Shown here piece by piece: positions 23,971 through 36,752 of a stretch of DNA of 64,000 nt. Numbering within the stretch: the stretch's first letter is position 1; every line of letters begins with the position of its first letter. This stretch comes from Azolla caroliniana (lineage: Eukaryota; Plantae; Polypodiophyta), in assembly GCA_043228905.1 (NCBI GenBank), contig JBHGNT010000008.1, positions 17,608,001-17,672,000 of the forward strand, written 5' to 3'. The translations under genes were made by a program, and so were the position numbers. The notes beneath the pieces were generated by a model, which made no database searches, had not been told where the DNA came from, and saw only the letters and a program-made list of their open reading frames with translations.

Positions 23971-26900
23971 AAATGACTAGGAGTGTATGTATATTTTGCA
24001 CAATGGCATTGGCTCACCAGGAAGGAAAATTATCCATCCAAATCAATTGACACGAGATGTCAGATACCCACAGGTTTGAATCTTCTCTGAAGGTGGAAAA
24101 GATTCAAGAGGAATTTATAATATGAGAAAGATTTATCCACATGCTTGTTGCATGTGTAATGGAGGATAGTACAACCTGTACTCATTGTTTACATTCAATT
24201 CTTTTGTCACTGGAGCGGCAAGCCCATCGACAGCTTTATATTTCAAAATTGAGTGAATTTAAAGAACTTAATTTAATAGAAAAGATCTTTTTGGTTATCC
24301 CAGAACATAATTTTAGGTAACATGTGTGAATGTGGTCAATACCAAAAATGGACATGGTATACAGATTTTTACCATTACGTACCCATATTAAAGGAGAAGT
24401 TTCATTTGTGGATCTGCTTTTCACGCACCTGAATGATAAGGTGTTAGAAGAAAGATTTAAAACAATGTATAAAGAGGTCTAGTAATGTAAGCAAATTCAA
24501 TGAGACAAGCATTTGATGGACAGCAAGCAATAATATTTCAGGAACCACACTCCAAATTGTGGAATATAGGAACTTCTTTTGATCAATAAAAGCATATTTA
24601 CAATTCAAAATGTGATCAAAGCTTATGGAAATAAGGATTTCTGTTTGTTTCAACGATCCAGAAATCAACAAATTTTCTATTTTTTGACAATACATGATGT
24701 ATACTGATGAGATATAGTGGAAGTCTATCCATGGATTTGATGTCTATCCATGACATCAAGAGAGAACTCAAGTTGTTCTTTAGAGTATGAAAAAGATGGG
24801 GGTTTACTACCATCCAGGTAAATGTGATTGGATTATATTCATCGGATTGAAGAAGAACAAGGGGGGCCACCTGAACACAAAGCTGAAACAACTTCATCAC
24901 TGCCAAAGTCTTGCTTTCAATACCCCAATTTTTAAACATAATATCAGGTGCTGAAAACTATGGTATCATTTGATGATGATATAAACATTGGATTAAAACT
25001 CAAATGTCTCATTGCTTTCAAAAACAATGCCAAGCTCTTTTTTTTAGGCTTGGTAGGCTAGATTGTCCACTCTTTGAATTCCCGACGAAGATTGCCTCAT
25101 TCTTCGGTGAATAAGTTAATGCAGACATTTGGCTTTCACATAGTTGGATTTTATATCCACATGCCCTACTACACACAATAGAGCACAATCAAAAATATTG
25201 TTTATACCCCCAAATGCCTATCTATATTCCAGCAAGAAGTCCATAAAAACGCATCAGCACCATGGCAGTAGTATAATGTCCCTTGACACTCTGAGCTTGA
25301 GATTATAGTCTTATATCCACTTGTTGATTGATAAATGACAGAGTAAAACCCAAATATGTGAAAATCATGCATGTGAAATCTACATCTGTTTGTGTCTTGA
25401 AAACTTTGATCATGTGGCTTAAACACCATGGGCTACGTTTGCAGCTTGTTTTAGATTTTCTTCAATGGTTCTTTGATAGGGCACGTTCCAAAAGTCAATG
25501 CAACGTACGCTTATTTGTCATAACAAATCAAACTAATGATATTAAGTATTAAGGAAAAGAATGGAGTAAGTGTGCTCTAACCACATTAATCACGCTTGAG
25601 CGAAGGGCATGAGACAAACATAAAATGCCATCAGTGTCCCATATCACCGAACATTATCTGGCATTATACCTTAGTAGTTGAATAGTGGATGCAAATGAGG
25701 GAGCTACACATCACCAATAGAGTCTTGATAACGTCTCAAGATGTCATAATGAAGATGGTAGTTAGTCCCCTTTATATGGCACAACACCTAACCCCAGATC
25801 TCCACATTTTCCCACGTGTCATAGGTCCTAACAAGTTTGTTACAAATCCTAGGATAATTAATTTCCTGCTTATCTTACCCTTAAACCATTAAAGTTAGCT
25901 TTAGGATTGGTCCTTAAGGTTATGCCTACAACACATGACATGGATACCCAGAGTACCCATGTATAATATTAGTTTGGTTTAATGTCATCCAAAATCGGTA
26001 GATGCCATGGGAAGAAATTTTCATTTTGAATATGATGGTATGTTAAAAGTAAATAACTTATCGAGGTGGTTCAAAATGAAATGGCAAAAGGACTAAAAAG
26101 TTAAATTGGAATATTGCATAGCAAACATCAACCTCAAATGTTAGATCCTATACAAGGGTGTTAAAATGTATCCAACAACACTGTACCACCCTGTTGAGCC
26201 TTAGCTCATATAGTGTCCTTCACTTCTTCAAACTCATTTGCACAACTTAGGCATTGAAGTAAAATATCGTGGCATCAAAAAAAGGTAGGAGATGTACAAG
26301 GGATTGATGACGACTTAATGAACAACAAGTCTCATTCCTCATATGCTCAACATATAATGTGTTTACGAAAATTATGAAATCTTAATTAAGTGTGTGTGTG
26401 ATAGCTTGGATTTCATACTCAAAGCACCATTGATTGAGCATATGTGCCTCACTTAGGAGATTTTTTGCTAGAAAGTAGCAATCCCCTTTCTTGAGAAGGA
26501 GATGCATACAATATGTATGTGCTTTTTCTAGTCCCACTAGTCAATTTGGCCTCCTCGTGGACATAAATTCAAAAAACATGTCAATAATGTACCAAATTTT
26601 TTGAAAAGGAAAGATTCCAAATACCTTGTAAGTATGGGGTGATGTCAACGATATTGCTTGTACTCTAAGGAGGAACTAACTTTATGGACCACAAATTGAG
26701 CAAAGGTGATATTATGGAAAACACAAGGGGTATTCTTATTATTACTTTCCCTAAACCAAATTGCCCAACATAAACTTAGGAAAACTAAACTTATGTGAAA
26801 ATCAAGTGATCTTTCTTTGACAAACATATCTTTTCATGGTATCGTTAACTGTTGCCAAGGTCTCAATGACCAAGATGGAACGTGAGTTCTCAAAAGACCA

Positions 26901-27028
26901 ACTCTTGAGTTCAAGAACTCAACAAGAGGGATTGTTCTGATGCAACAATTCCTTTTTTAAGACAAGCGAGCTTCAAGCCATCTTTCTTTAATGAACCCAA
27001 CAAACAGTGTATCATGCCATGGTATTGT

Positions 27029-27392
27029 GAGAGCACCGATGAGGCGATGGAATTCGAGTTCCCGAAAAAGCAAACTCTTTTTTAAGTTCGGGGTCTTAAC
27101 AAGAGGGATGGTTCTCATTGCGACGATTTTCTATCATTCTTGTATGTTGAGAGAGCACCGATGAGGCGATGGAATTCAAGTTCCCAAAAAAGTAAACTCT
27201 TTTTAAGTTCGGGGTCTTAACAAGAGGGATGGTTCTCATTGCGACGATTTTCTATCATTCTCGTATGTTGAGAGAGCACCGATGAGGCAATGGAATTCGA
27301 GTTCCCAAAAAAGCAAACTCTTTTTAAGTTCGGGGTCTTAACGAGAGGGATGGTTCTCATTGCGACGATTTTCTGTCATTCATGTATGTTGA
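27029..27392. repeat. Tandem repeat, ~121 bp x3
   Basis: Units start at 27029, 27151 and 27272 (gagagcaccgatgaggcgatggaattc...). A more diverged copy lies at ~26865-26955. Confidence 0.9.
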
Positions 27393-27463
27393 ACCGTAAT
27401 GCGAGTTCATGGGGCAGACAAGTAGGCAGGTGGGCAAGGGAGTCGAGGAGCCGAAGCCGAATG

Positions 27464-27645
27464 TATGATGCATCATCCATCATGTATCATGCATCATGTA
27501 TGTATCATGTATCATGTATCATGTATCATGTATCATGTATCATGTATCATGTATCATGTATCATGTATCATGTATCATGTGTCATGTATCATGTATCATG
27601 TATCATGTATCATGTATCATGTATCATGTATCATGTATCATGTAT
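27464..27645. repeat. (TATCATG)n 7-bp tandem repeat
   Basis: About 20 near-perfect units at 27503-27642 with degenerate edges. Confidence 0.95.
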
Positions 27646-27785
27646 GGTGATGGTGAGAAGTCATGATAGATATACATGGATATGTATTAAGGATTGTGAT
27701 GACGACAGTGATGAGTCTTAAAGAAAGAAACTGTCTGCACGCTGTTTTCTATCCATCCACGTGTTTATTTCGCTTTACCGGCAAC

Positions 27786-27916
27786 AAAACCACGGTTTTC
27801 TTCTCTCTCCTCCTTTGTTAAGAAGAAAACCATGGTTTTCCTCTGTCTCTCTCCTCCCCTGTTACCTCAAAACAATGGTTTCTTCTTCTTCTTCCTTTTC
27901 TTTTCTCTATATATAA
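27786..27916 (+). promoter_or_regulatory. Putative Pol II promoter: three palindromic AAAAC(C/A)A(C/T)GGTTT motifs followed by a TATA box
   Basis: Motifs at 27786, 27825 (perfect 16-bp palindrome GAAAACCATGGTTTTC) and 27869; TATATATAA at 27908-27916; CT-rich leader and AAACCCTAA at 28034. Confidence 0.5.
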
Positions 27917-28054
27917 GAAGCTAAATTTCCTGTTCCGTTCAAAGGTTCAAATATCTTCTCTGTCTTTTTTTGCTTTTCTGGTATTCCTTCTCCTCCTCCT
28001 CCTATTCTCTGCAATCCGTCACAGGTTAGAAAAAAACCCTAAAATTCCCAATCC

Positions 28055-28309
28055 ATGGATCGATTGAGCACTGTCATTCCCAACCTTCTGAAAGCCCTCT
28101 CAAAGAAGAAGAAAGATGCCCTGCTCCACCACCATCTCCACCCTCGCACTGTTTCTTCATCGACGTTAGCATCGACCAACCCTAACCCTAAATCTGCATC
28201 TGTTTCTTCGTCGTCATCTTCTTCTCTGCAGAGGAGTGCCTCTGACACGATTGAGCATGATGATGCTCTCCAAGCTCTCATGTTTCAAGTCCTCATCCAG
28301 CTTGACTAG
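28055..28309 (+). CDS. Small hypothetical protein (84 aa, Ser-rich)
   Basis: ATG in CCATGG context ~140 bp after the TATA box; no recognised domain. Confidence 0.4.
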   Translation: MDRLSTVIPNLLKALSKKKKDALLHHHLHPRTVSSSTLASTNPNPKSASVSSSSSSSLQRSASDTIEHDDALQALMFQVLIQLD

Positions 28310-30044
28310 CCATATGGCGTATAGGTCCTCCAAACTCTGGTGTTGCAAATCTTTAACCAGCTTGGCTGGCTATATGCCTGTGCCTTCTTCCTCCATCTGT
28401 TATTATATTTCATATATGATTTGAAATGTATAGAGATAGAACTTCAATTGCTTCAAATTGAAGATTTTGGTCTAATTTTCAGTGTATGATGCATCATCAT
28501 CTCAAATATACAGTTTGACATTGTCTGTCACGGAAAAGAAAAGCCTCTTTTAGTTTGTACATTCCAGTTGATTTGCATTAATAAATATTACTGATGTTTA
28601 ATTAATCGTGAGATCAGATATGACATGTCCTATCGCAAATCTGTGGATTCCAATTGATTTGTTTTAATAAACACCCTGGTGTTGCATCATTGTGAGATTA
28701 GAGATGACATTTGTAACATCAATCCGTGAGTTGCAATTGGTTTGCTTCAAAAACATGCCAGACAATTTACCTGACTCAAGGACAATACATGTATGGATTC
28801 GTTGATATAGAAAGCCTTGTTACATTTATACAATTTGACTGACACAAGATTGAAATATGTATCGATCAATTGATTTAGAAGGCTATGGTTACATCTGTAC
28901 AATTTAATTGACACGAGCTTACAATATATATCGATCCATTGATTTAGAAGGCTTGATTTGGCGCAAGGCTATATGCATTGATCAATTGATTTAGAAGGCT
29001 CTGGTTATATTCACACCAGTATAAATTATACAAGTATGATGTAACGAAATGCAAGATCAATACAGAGTGGATAGATACACAATTGTATCCATGTCAAAAG
29101 GACTTGAGAGGGGAACCCATTTGACTATCAGAGGATTCACCTGTCATTCCATAGGGATATATAAAGCAAAAACATACGAAAATGATTAAAAACTTAAGCT
29201 CAATGCTTCCATCTGCAGACAAGATTTGCATGATTTTCCTACCTACCATGCTTTGGCCCTTAAAGTCTCCCCTAGATAACTAGTCTATATATATTTATGA
29301 AAGCTAAACAATATGCTATGGGCCCTAGAACACTGGAGATTAAACCCCTTTCACACGTACTCTACTCCTATAACTCAAAAACCCTACATTATTATGAATC
29401 ATCACAAAATTAACTTCTAACATTGAGAAGGCAAGATAAAAGATACAAGTGAACAAACAAATGGATGGGTACAACAGTAAGTATCAATGCAGAGAGCAAT
29501 CCTTTGGACAAACGTGAGAGATTGTTAAAAAGCCCTTTAAAAACCTGAAAGAATGTTACATTCACGTACAAGCAATATTGAGTATGTATAAATAAGGAAT
29601 CCACACAATCAACAGGTAACCTCCAATGTCATAAGCAACTGAAGCTTAAAAATAAATGTAGGTTCTACCTCCCGTGAGATAAATATTTTACAGTTTGTTT
29701 GGCCTTGGACATCATAAACAAAGGCGCCATCTCTTTCTGTTTGTGGTGACTTTTTTCAAACTTTTGCATACTCTGTCATAAACTTGCCATAGGATCTTGC
29801 TTCTTTTGTAAGTCAGTGATTGGATTACTAAATCACAACAAAATACCAGGAAACAAACAGCCCCACTAGAGTGTTGCTTCTGGTTGCAAACAAACTAGTC
29901 AAACGCGGTGATAATAATACCTAATAGAACTCTGAGACATTATTTCTTTCTCCTTTGTGAGTTATAAGCCAATCTTAAACTAGCAAAAGAAAATTTGAGC
30001 TCGCTTCCACCAATGACGGTAACATTTTGCAGATGTGAGATTAT

Positions 30045-33000
30045 TTATATGTTCCAGAGAATCTTCGTGCAAATAAGTAGTTTGTCTTCACCATAAGGCC
30101 CATTCTCTGTCTCCATGATTCGGGTTTTCCATCGTGCTGACTTAGCAATAGTTTCTATATCTTGTACGACATCAGTGAAATCTCGAATCAAAGCAGTCCC
30201 ACCCGGACGCAATATGCGATCCATCTCCAAAACAATGTGAGTCATATCACATCTGTAAGAATGAATACTTGTATTCAATGATGATAATTGATTACTATTC
30301 CACTTTTTCATTTATTAAAGAACCCTAAACCCTAAGCCAAATTAATTGAACAAAAAGGAAACATAAGATTGTTACGCTCAGAAACAAATTTACCTTTTCT
30401 TTTCTATGCTAAACAGCCTTGTTACATGTAAAAGATCATAGGTCCGAGGATACGTATCAAAAGATTCACACCTAAATTTTAGTTTAGAAAAAGAAATCAT
30501 GTTAACTTTCACATGATTATGTCATCTCATTGAAGATGGAAAACAACAAAGTTGAACCATATTTTTATACATACCAATCATGAGCCACACCTATGAGTCC
30601 ACGATCATATATAACAGGTAAAGTGTTTGGACCATTTATCGGTACCACATTCATCACCCACCAATCAAGTTCAGATAAATCTGCTATAGCTGCTGCAAAA
30701 CTGCATAGAAAAATGTTTTAACCATAATTATTTCTTTGAACTAATTAAACTTTCTTGATTTGATCAAGTGTTTTATTTAATATCCTAGTTTTTTGGCGAC
30801 ACTAATCTAAACGCTTTCTTTCTTTCAGCTATAATATCTTAGTACCAGGAAGCACCAAATTTGAAGTCATTTAAACCAAAATTTTGCAGGATGAATTGAA
30901 AGATATAGCAACAAATAATAATAAATAGTATTGCAACAAAGATCTATCACACTTTTATGAGTAAAGAAATTGTAGGATTCTTATATCTTAACTTAAAATC
31001 CTTTCAAGCATGTCAATAAAATTTTGTAATGAATGAAACTGAATCACCTAACTAGAACAAGAAAAAAACAGACAAAGAATATGCTGCCCTACCCTCCATA
31101 GCCAGCATTCATATCCATAACATTTCGTATTTCCTGTGGGCGTAAATCAAGAACATCGAGGTACCCTCTCACAATCTCTTTCATGTATCGTTCTTCTGCG
31201 ACAAAAGCTTCTTCTTTAGCCTCCTTTGCATCATCAATATCCAATTGAAAGAGTCTTTTTGGTGGAATATGCAACCTATCTGGCCAATCAGATGTATTAT
31301 GCTGCAATGTAACTGAAGGCAATGGCGTTATACATGCTGACATGTTAACATACCTGCAAAAAGAAACAAAAAACATTACAGTTTACTTCATCTTGTTCTT
31401 GCATTCATTCATCAACATAAACAGTTACATAAGTTATGACGCTCAATTTACCAGACATTATCTGGATTATCATCTGAATCACATAGAGGTGGATCATTCC
31501 CTAGTGTTCGATTCTCATAGCAAACATTATCAAATGGTTTTCTCCAAATAGCAAGATACCCTTCCTTTGCAACCAAGGTCCAACATAAGCTCTCTGTAAG
31601 ATTCACCATTGCTATGAAAAATACAAATAATCAAATTAGTTGGCATGAAAGATTTAAAAGGAACGTTTTCCAATCTGAACACAAAAGGTTTTAATAAGAT
31701 TACAGAACCCACCATGCCACTCCTCGGGAAGGTTTCCCTCATGTTTGTAAACTGGTTGTGCAGCCCAAGCAAAGTATCCACCAGATCTTAAAACACGGTT
31801 TACTTCAACCAAAAGAACCCCACCTGAAAGACCATTTGAATCAGTAAGAATCAAAATGAAAAATCCTGAATAAGAAGGAAATCCTTATGATTGTTAAGAC
31901 TCTGAAATTTTGGGCTTTGTTTCTCTTGAATAAAAGGGTTGCTGGCAGAGTCAAGATTCTCATGAAACTTCCGGCAAATCAAGTTGGTATAAAATATCTA
32001 GTTCTTGTTGTAAACTAATGAATATGGTGAAGTTCTCCTCTTGCCCAAACATCAAGAAAAAACATACAAGATCCTTCCAGAATAGGTTATTGTGATATGC
32101 TGCTTATTATTTCATTCAGTGGTTCCATCAGATTTATTTTATCATGACATCTCTGGGGATCATAATAACTAGAAGAAACACGAAAATTCAGGCCCCAAAA
32201 TATAAATATAAATTTATGATCATACATGTACAAAATATTAGAGTTATGACTATGAGAAAAAAGTCTTACGAAATGTGAAGGCATGAGAACAAAAAAACCC
32301 TAAAAACAAATTCGGTGAATTTCTTCTATTGAAACAAGTTCATGAAGAAAAGGTGAGAAACATGCATTATCCACTCAATAGAACGTATTGATCAACAAAT
32401 AGGAAAACCTGCTCTATAATGTTACCATCGCGTGTCCATTCAATACGGCATCTTGAGCAATGTATAATATCAAAGGCTTGGCTGGGATACAAGAGCCGGT
32501 GTGTGGCTAAAGCAGCCACCATAGCTGGGACACCGCGTTCGAGTGCAAACTGGATCTGATTTTCATGCACATCCTTGGGGGCAATTGAAAGTGTCAAGAC
32601 ATTACGAGACATGAGATACGCTCCCCAGCTAGCAACTCCACATCCAATGTCTAATGCAACACGGGTGTGTCGTCCAAAAGCGATCTCCGGAACCATCTGA
32701 AGAAAAAATAAGACATATATGAGCAAAGTACAACATCATGCATTGCATTTTTTTTAAAACATGGTGGTGATGAATCAATCAAAAAAATGTGTAATTAAGA
32801 TATAGATATTAATAGCAATGACAGATATGATTGAGAATGTGAAATACTAATAATAATATTTCCTTAATATTTTCCTAGCTTTTGAGGGCTTTCCGACAAT
32901 GGCCTTCCAGTTACTCATATTGCATCTGGAGTAAATCAAGAAAGGCTAGGCAAGTGACCTTTTCCATTTGATCCAGATACTGGTCTGCCCCATGTGCAAA

Positions 33001-35122
33001 CTGTGTTCCACCTCCTGGAAATGTGAACTTGTCTTCCTTTATCGCAATCCAATTTTGTCCACCTTTATCTTCGACCAACCGTGTGTGAGGAACATTGCTA
33101 TACCAGACCTGGAAGTTTCAAATGGTTGTCAAACATCTTTTGAACCCATGAGTTTTCCGTGAATTACAATCATAGATTGACATATTCGCATTCAAGGGGT
33201 TTCCCATTCAAATGCAAACGAATACGGATATGAATGCATGGTCAAGTATTCGTTTAAAAAAAAAAGAGTACATGTGTCATGAACTCCCTCCTTTTTAGTT
33301 TCCTAAGATATAGAAAAGGAGACTCAACAATAAAAGAGGGACTTGACACTTATCAATTTTTATAGTAAATGTAAAAGTATTCGTTTTATTTTTAATAAAT
33401 AAATAAAATAAAATAAATGTTCATTAATTCCTCACTTTTTATTCTCCCAAAATTTATGGATATTTTTATTTGACATTAAATCATATTTTTATAATAAATA
33501 TAAAAATACTCGTTTTTTTAATTAATTAATTAATTAATTTAATTAAATAATGGTTCATAAACTCCCCCCTTTTTATTTGACACTATAAAGGACAGTTAAT
33601 ACTAATCATATTTTTATAATTTACTAATGAATGATTGTTCCTTTTTAGTTTTTTTTTAATTTAAAAAAATGAATTAATAAATTTTTTGTATATCTATATA
33701 ATGCAAAACGAATGGTTTTTTTAATAAATTAATTAAATTAAATAAAGGTTCATAAACTCCCCTCTTTTTTATTTGACACTATAAAGGAGAGTTAATACTA
33801 ATCATATTTTTATAATCTACTAATGAATGATTGTTTTTTTTTGTATTTTTAAAAAATTACTTAATTAATTTTTTGTATATTATATAATGCAAAACAAATG
33901 GTTTATAATGTTCTTGGGGCCATTTCGTATTCTCGAATATTGCGAATATCGCACATGGAGAATATCACGAATGTGTCATCTATGATTACAATACAGCCTT
34001 CTCTAAAGTTAGGAATATGTATTTTCTACGGAAATTTAAACAATTACTTCCTTCATGCATGAATCCATGATGGCTTTTTGTCCATGATTTAGTAATAAAC
34101 CTTATATTAGAAAAAGGGGCAACAATTAATTCATTATCTAGAGAAATAGCATGAATCTATCCACATTATATGTCTAATGGTCCTATCTCTAGAATTCAAT
34201 GAATGCTATTGACACTAGTTACATTTTCACACAACAAATCACTTCACGAATTGGTGAGGAAAAACCGAGTACAGCGGAGTAGCTTCCCCTTTATAGATCC
34301 ATTAGAAGGTCATTGTGTTCAGATCAGCACAAAATGGATCTGATCTTAAATAAATTATGCATATTTATAAAAGGAAATGGTCGAACTAACTGAATAGTCA
34401 GCCATACTAACCTCGTCTCGACTTTTTGGCCACCGGATAGGGTACTTATACCCAGGAGGTGGAGGGATAAGACAATTCAAAACATCTTCATTGTTAGGGC
34501 AATGCCTCTCCCATTTCTCTCCTTTATTAAACGACCTTAGCCTTGCGATGGCTGCTACATTGTCCAGGCATGGAATATACTCCTTCATGCTAGAAGGGCA
34601 TACTTCAAATTTACTATAGCTAACCTTGCTTGATGCATCAGGTGAATCTAAACCATCATGAGACATAACAACTTCACTAGGGTTGAGATCATCTTCCTTT
34701 CCCTTTTCTTCTTCTTCTTCTTCATCTTTTCCACTGGCATTTCCATTCCCCTGTTCTTTCTCATCCATTGGAAACTCCGTAGTGATGATGGAGCCATCTT
34801 CTTGCAAGACCCCTGTTTCTGAGACAACTACATGAGGAGGTGAACTGGGTCTTCTTTTGTCTTCCTTATTTCCTTGTTGAGTATCATCTTCTCCATTGTA
34901 GGGTGTGATGACCAAGGAGACGTGGTGCTGGGATGGGGATGAAGAAGATATACTGTATGAAGATTCATATACGACGGTTTCTTCATTTCCCATTGCCCAT
35001 CTCTTGCCCAAGTAGAAGCACAGAGAGGAAATGGTGAAGAGGAAGAAGGCTCTGAAGAGAAGGGGTCTCCTTGTAACCTCTTCACAAATCCTCTTCAATG
35101 GAAGGGATACATTACTCATCAT
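30045..35122 (-). CDS. Probable SAM-dependent methyltransferase, PMT/DUF248 (Methyltransf_29) family, PMT10/11/12-like
   Basis: Nine exons (35122-34412, 33108-32959, 32696-32426, 31823-31713, ~31611-31453, ~31353-31093, ~30700-30576, ~30471-30393, ~30252-30045). N-terminal TM helix; motifs [59 protein letters not shown]. Confidence 0.94.
33171..33984. mobile_element. Non-autonomous hAT-type element (MITE) in intron 1 of the methyltransferase
   Basis: TIRs CATAGATTGACATATTCG / CGAATGTGTCATCTATG; perfect 8-bp TSD ATTACAAT (33163-33170 / 33985-33992); AT-rich interior with an internal ~190-bp duplication. Confidence 0.88.
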
Positions 35123-36370
35123 TTTCTCATGAATGAAGAAGGAAGATCTCTGCAGAGGGAGGAGCTCCCCTGTTTTGCTGGGCAAATCTAATACAAATCC
35201 TTCCTTTCTTGAGAAGTGATGGATCTTTTGTTTTGTTGGATCAAAAAATTGCAAAGCTACTATGTACACTCTCACTCACCCCCCCAACATACATTGTTTC
35301 TCTCTTGATTGGTTTCACACTTGGGAGCCAGATATCGTCTTCCATAAAGAAAGCAAATGATTGCTAGTTATCGCCTTCTGTAAAACACGCATGTTTGTTG
35401 TAGGGACAAACCCCGGCGTCAGAGTCATTGAGTTGGACAAAACTTGATCGAGTTCTCGAGGTACATTGTGAGCAGTTTCAACATTGCTCTGCTAGGGGCA
35501 TTCTCTCGTGTGAGTTCACATAGCATGACTAGATATCACCTTTAGCAAAATTTGTGATCAATGGAGGAAAAAAGCCCAAATTTGGCGCCATCAAATTGGC
35601 CAAAATCTGATAGGGTTCGTAAGCTACATAGTGAGTGACCAACATAAACTATGTTAGAGTAAACTTGTGTGCAAGGTCGTTAAGCATAGGCATAGTTCTT
35701 TAACCTATTTGAGGTTCATGAGGAGTTCGGCTAGGTTAGCATATCTATTAATTTCTAACATATGACTCCTCTATCCGTTTGCATTCAAACTAAGTGTTTA
35801 AATATTAATTTCTAAATATATGGCACATGTTCAATATGTCTGCGAAAAAAAAGAGGTGGACAAGTTTTTTGTATGGCTCATCCAATTGGACAAGCTCAAT
35901 TAGGGCAACATATAAAAAGGTCACTAACACATGCCTCCTCTATTAAGATTGTAATCAAGCCAAGTGTTCAAAAGTGATCTTTAGCATATATAACACGTTC
36001 AATGTTTTTAGGGTCATCAAATTGAACAAGATCTCAATGTATTTTGTGGGTTTTAAAGTGAATTGTGGAACCTCATCACAACTCATCATGTATAGTTGAA
36101 AGAGGCTTGAGAACTTGGGGTTGAGTGCTTATCACAAACCTTTGGTAAATTCAATTAGGTTATTTCTAGGGGTCAAAGGTTTATGATAAGCTCTCCTAAA
36201 TATTTCATGGGGATAGATTCATATTACAAGACACATAATTTATTATCTTTTTATCTCCTCGCACACCTCTGAGGCCACACTCAAAAGAGCCAACCGTACG
36301 GTGAACAGGGATAGGATGGGAAAATAAGCAAGGGCCTGCCTTTTTATGATGATATCATAAACATATACAT

Positions 36371-36423
<53 letters not shown>

Positions 36424-36431
36424 GAGAGAGA

Positions 36432-36518
36432 GACCCTTCGGGGACATATGATAAAATTGGAATGATACAGAGAAGATTAGCATGGCCCTTGCACAAGGAT
36501 GACACGCACAAATCTAGA
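36432..36518 (+). pseudogene. U6: U6 snRNA pseudogene, 3'-truncated
   Basis: CCCTTCGGGGACAT...GATACAGAGAAGATTAGCATGGCCC...AAGGATGACACGCACAAATC matches plant U6. CpG-type mutations, no upstream USE, no 3' U-tract, flanked by (GA)n. Confidence 0.92.
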
Positions 36519-36539
36519 GAGAGAGAGAGAGAATTGATA

Positions 36540-36752
36540 AGGTTGTAGCTCAGTTGGTAAGATTGCCCAATGGAGACCAGGTGGTCATGGGTTCAACCCC
36601 TACATTCCACATTGGCATCTAGTGAAATAAGAGATATCTATAGTGTAATATAGAGGTGAGAAATTTGGGTTTCAAACCCAAGATGCAGTGTTAGTAGTGT
36701 AAACAACTTACCAATAGGATAAGCTAATTACGATAAAAGAAAAGAGAGAGAG
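36540..36752 (+). mobile_element. tRNA-derived SINE
   Basis: A box TAGCTCAGTTGG (36546), B box GGTTCAACCC (36590), non-tRNA body and A/GA-rich tail; no full cloverleaf. Confidence 0.7.

Noticed and set aside
24300-26860. Decayed coding-like region
   Set aside because: Manual translation gave no recognisable domain; needs a frameshift-aware HMM search.
27029-27392. CRISPR-like array
   Set aside because: Whole 121-bp units repeat with no unique spacers; eukaryotic context and no cas genes.
27503-27642. Interstitial telomere
   Set aside because: 7-bp period, but not TTTAGGG-like and no G-rich strand.
27290-27721. 143-aa ORF with MYHVSCI repeats
   Set aside because: It is a translation of the (TATCATG)n array.
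28480-29010. miRNA/snoRNA cluster downstream of the small ORF
   Set aside because: Only degenerate direct repeats; no long hairpin, known mature miRNA or clear C/D box pair seen.
36432-36518. Functional U6 gene
   Set aside because: No USE promoter element, 3' end missing, several substitutions.
36540-36612. Functional tRNA gene
   Set aside because: A/B boxes are present but acceptor and anticodon stems do not pair; treated as a SINE head.
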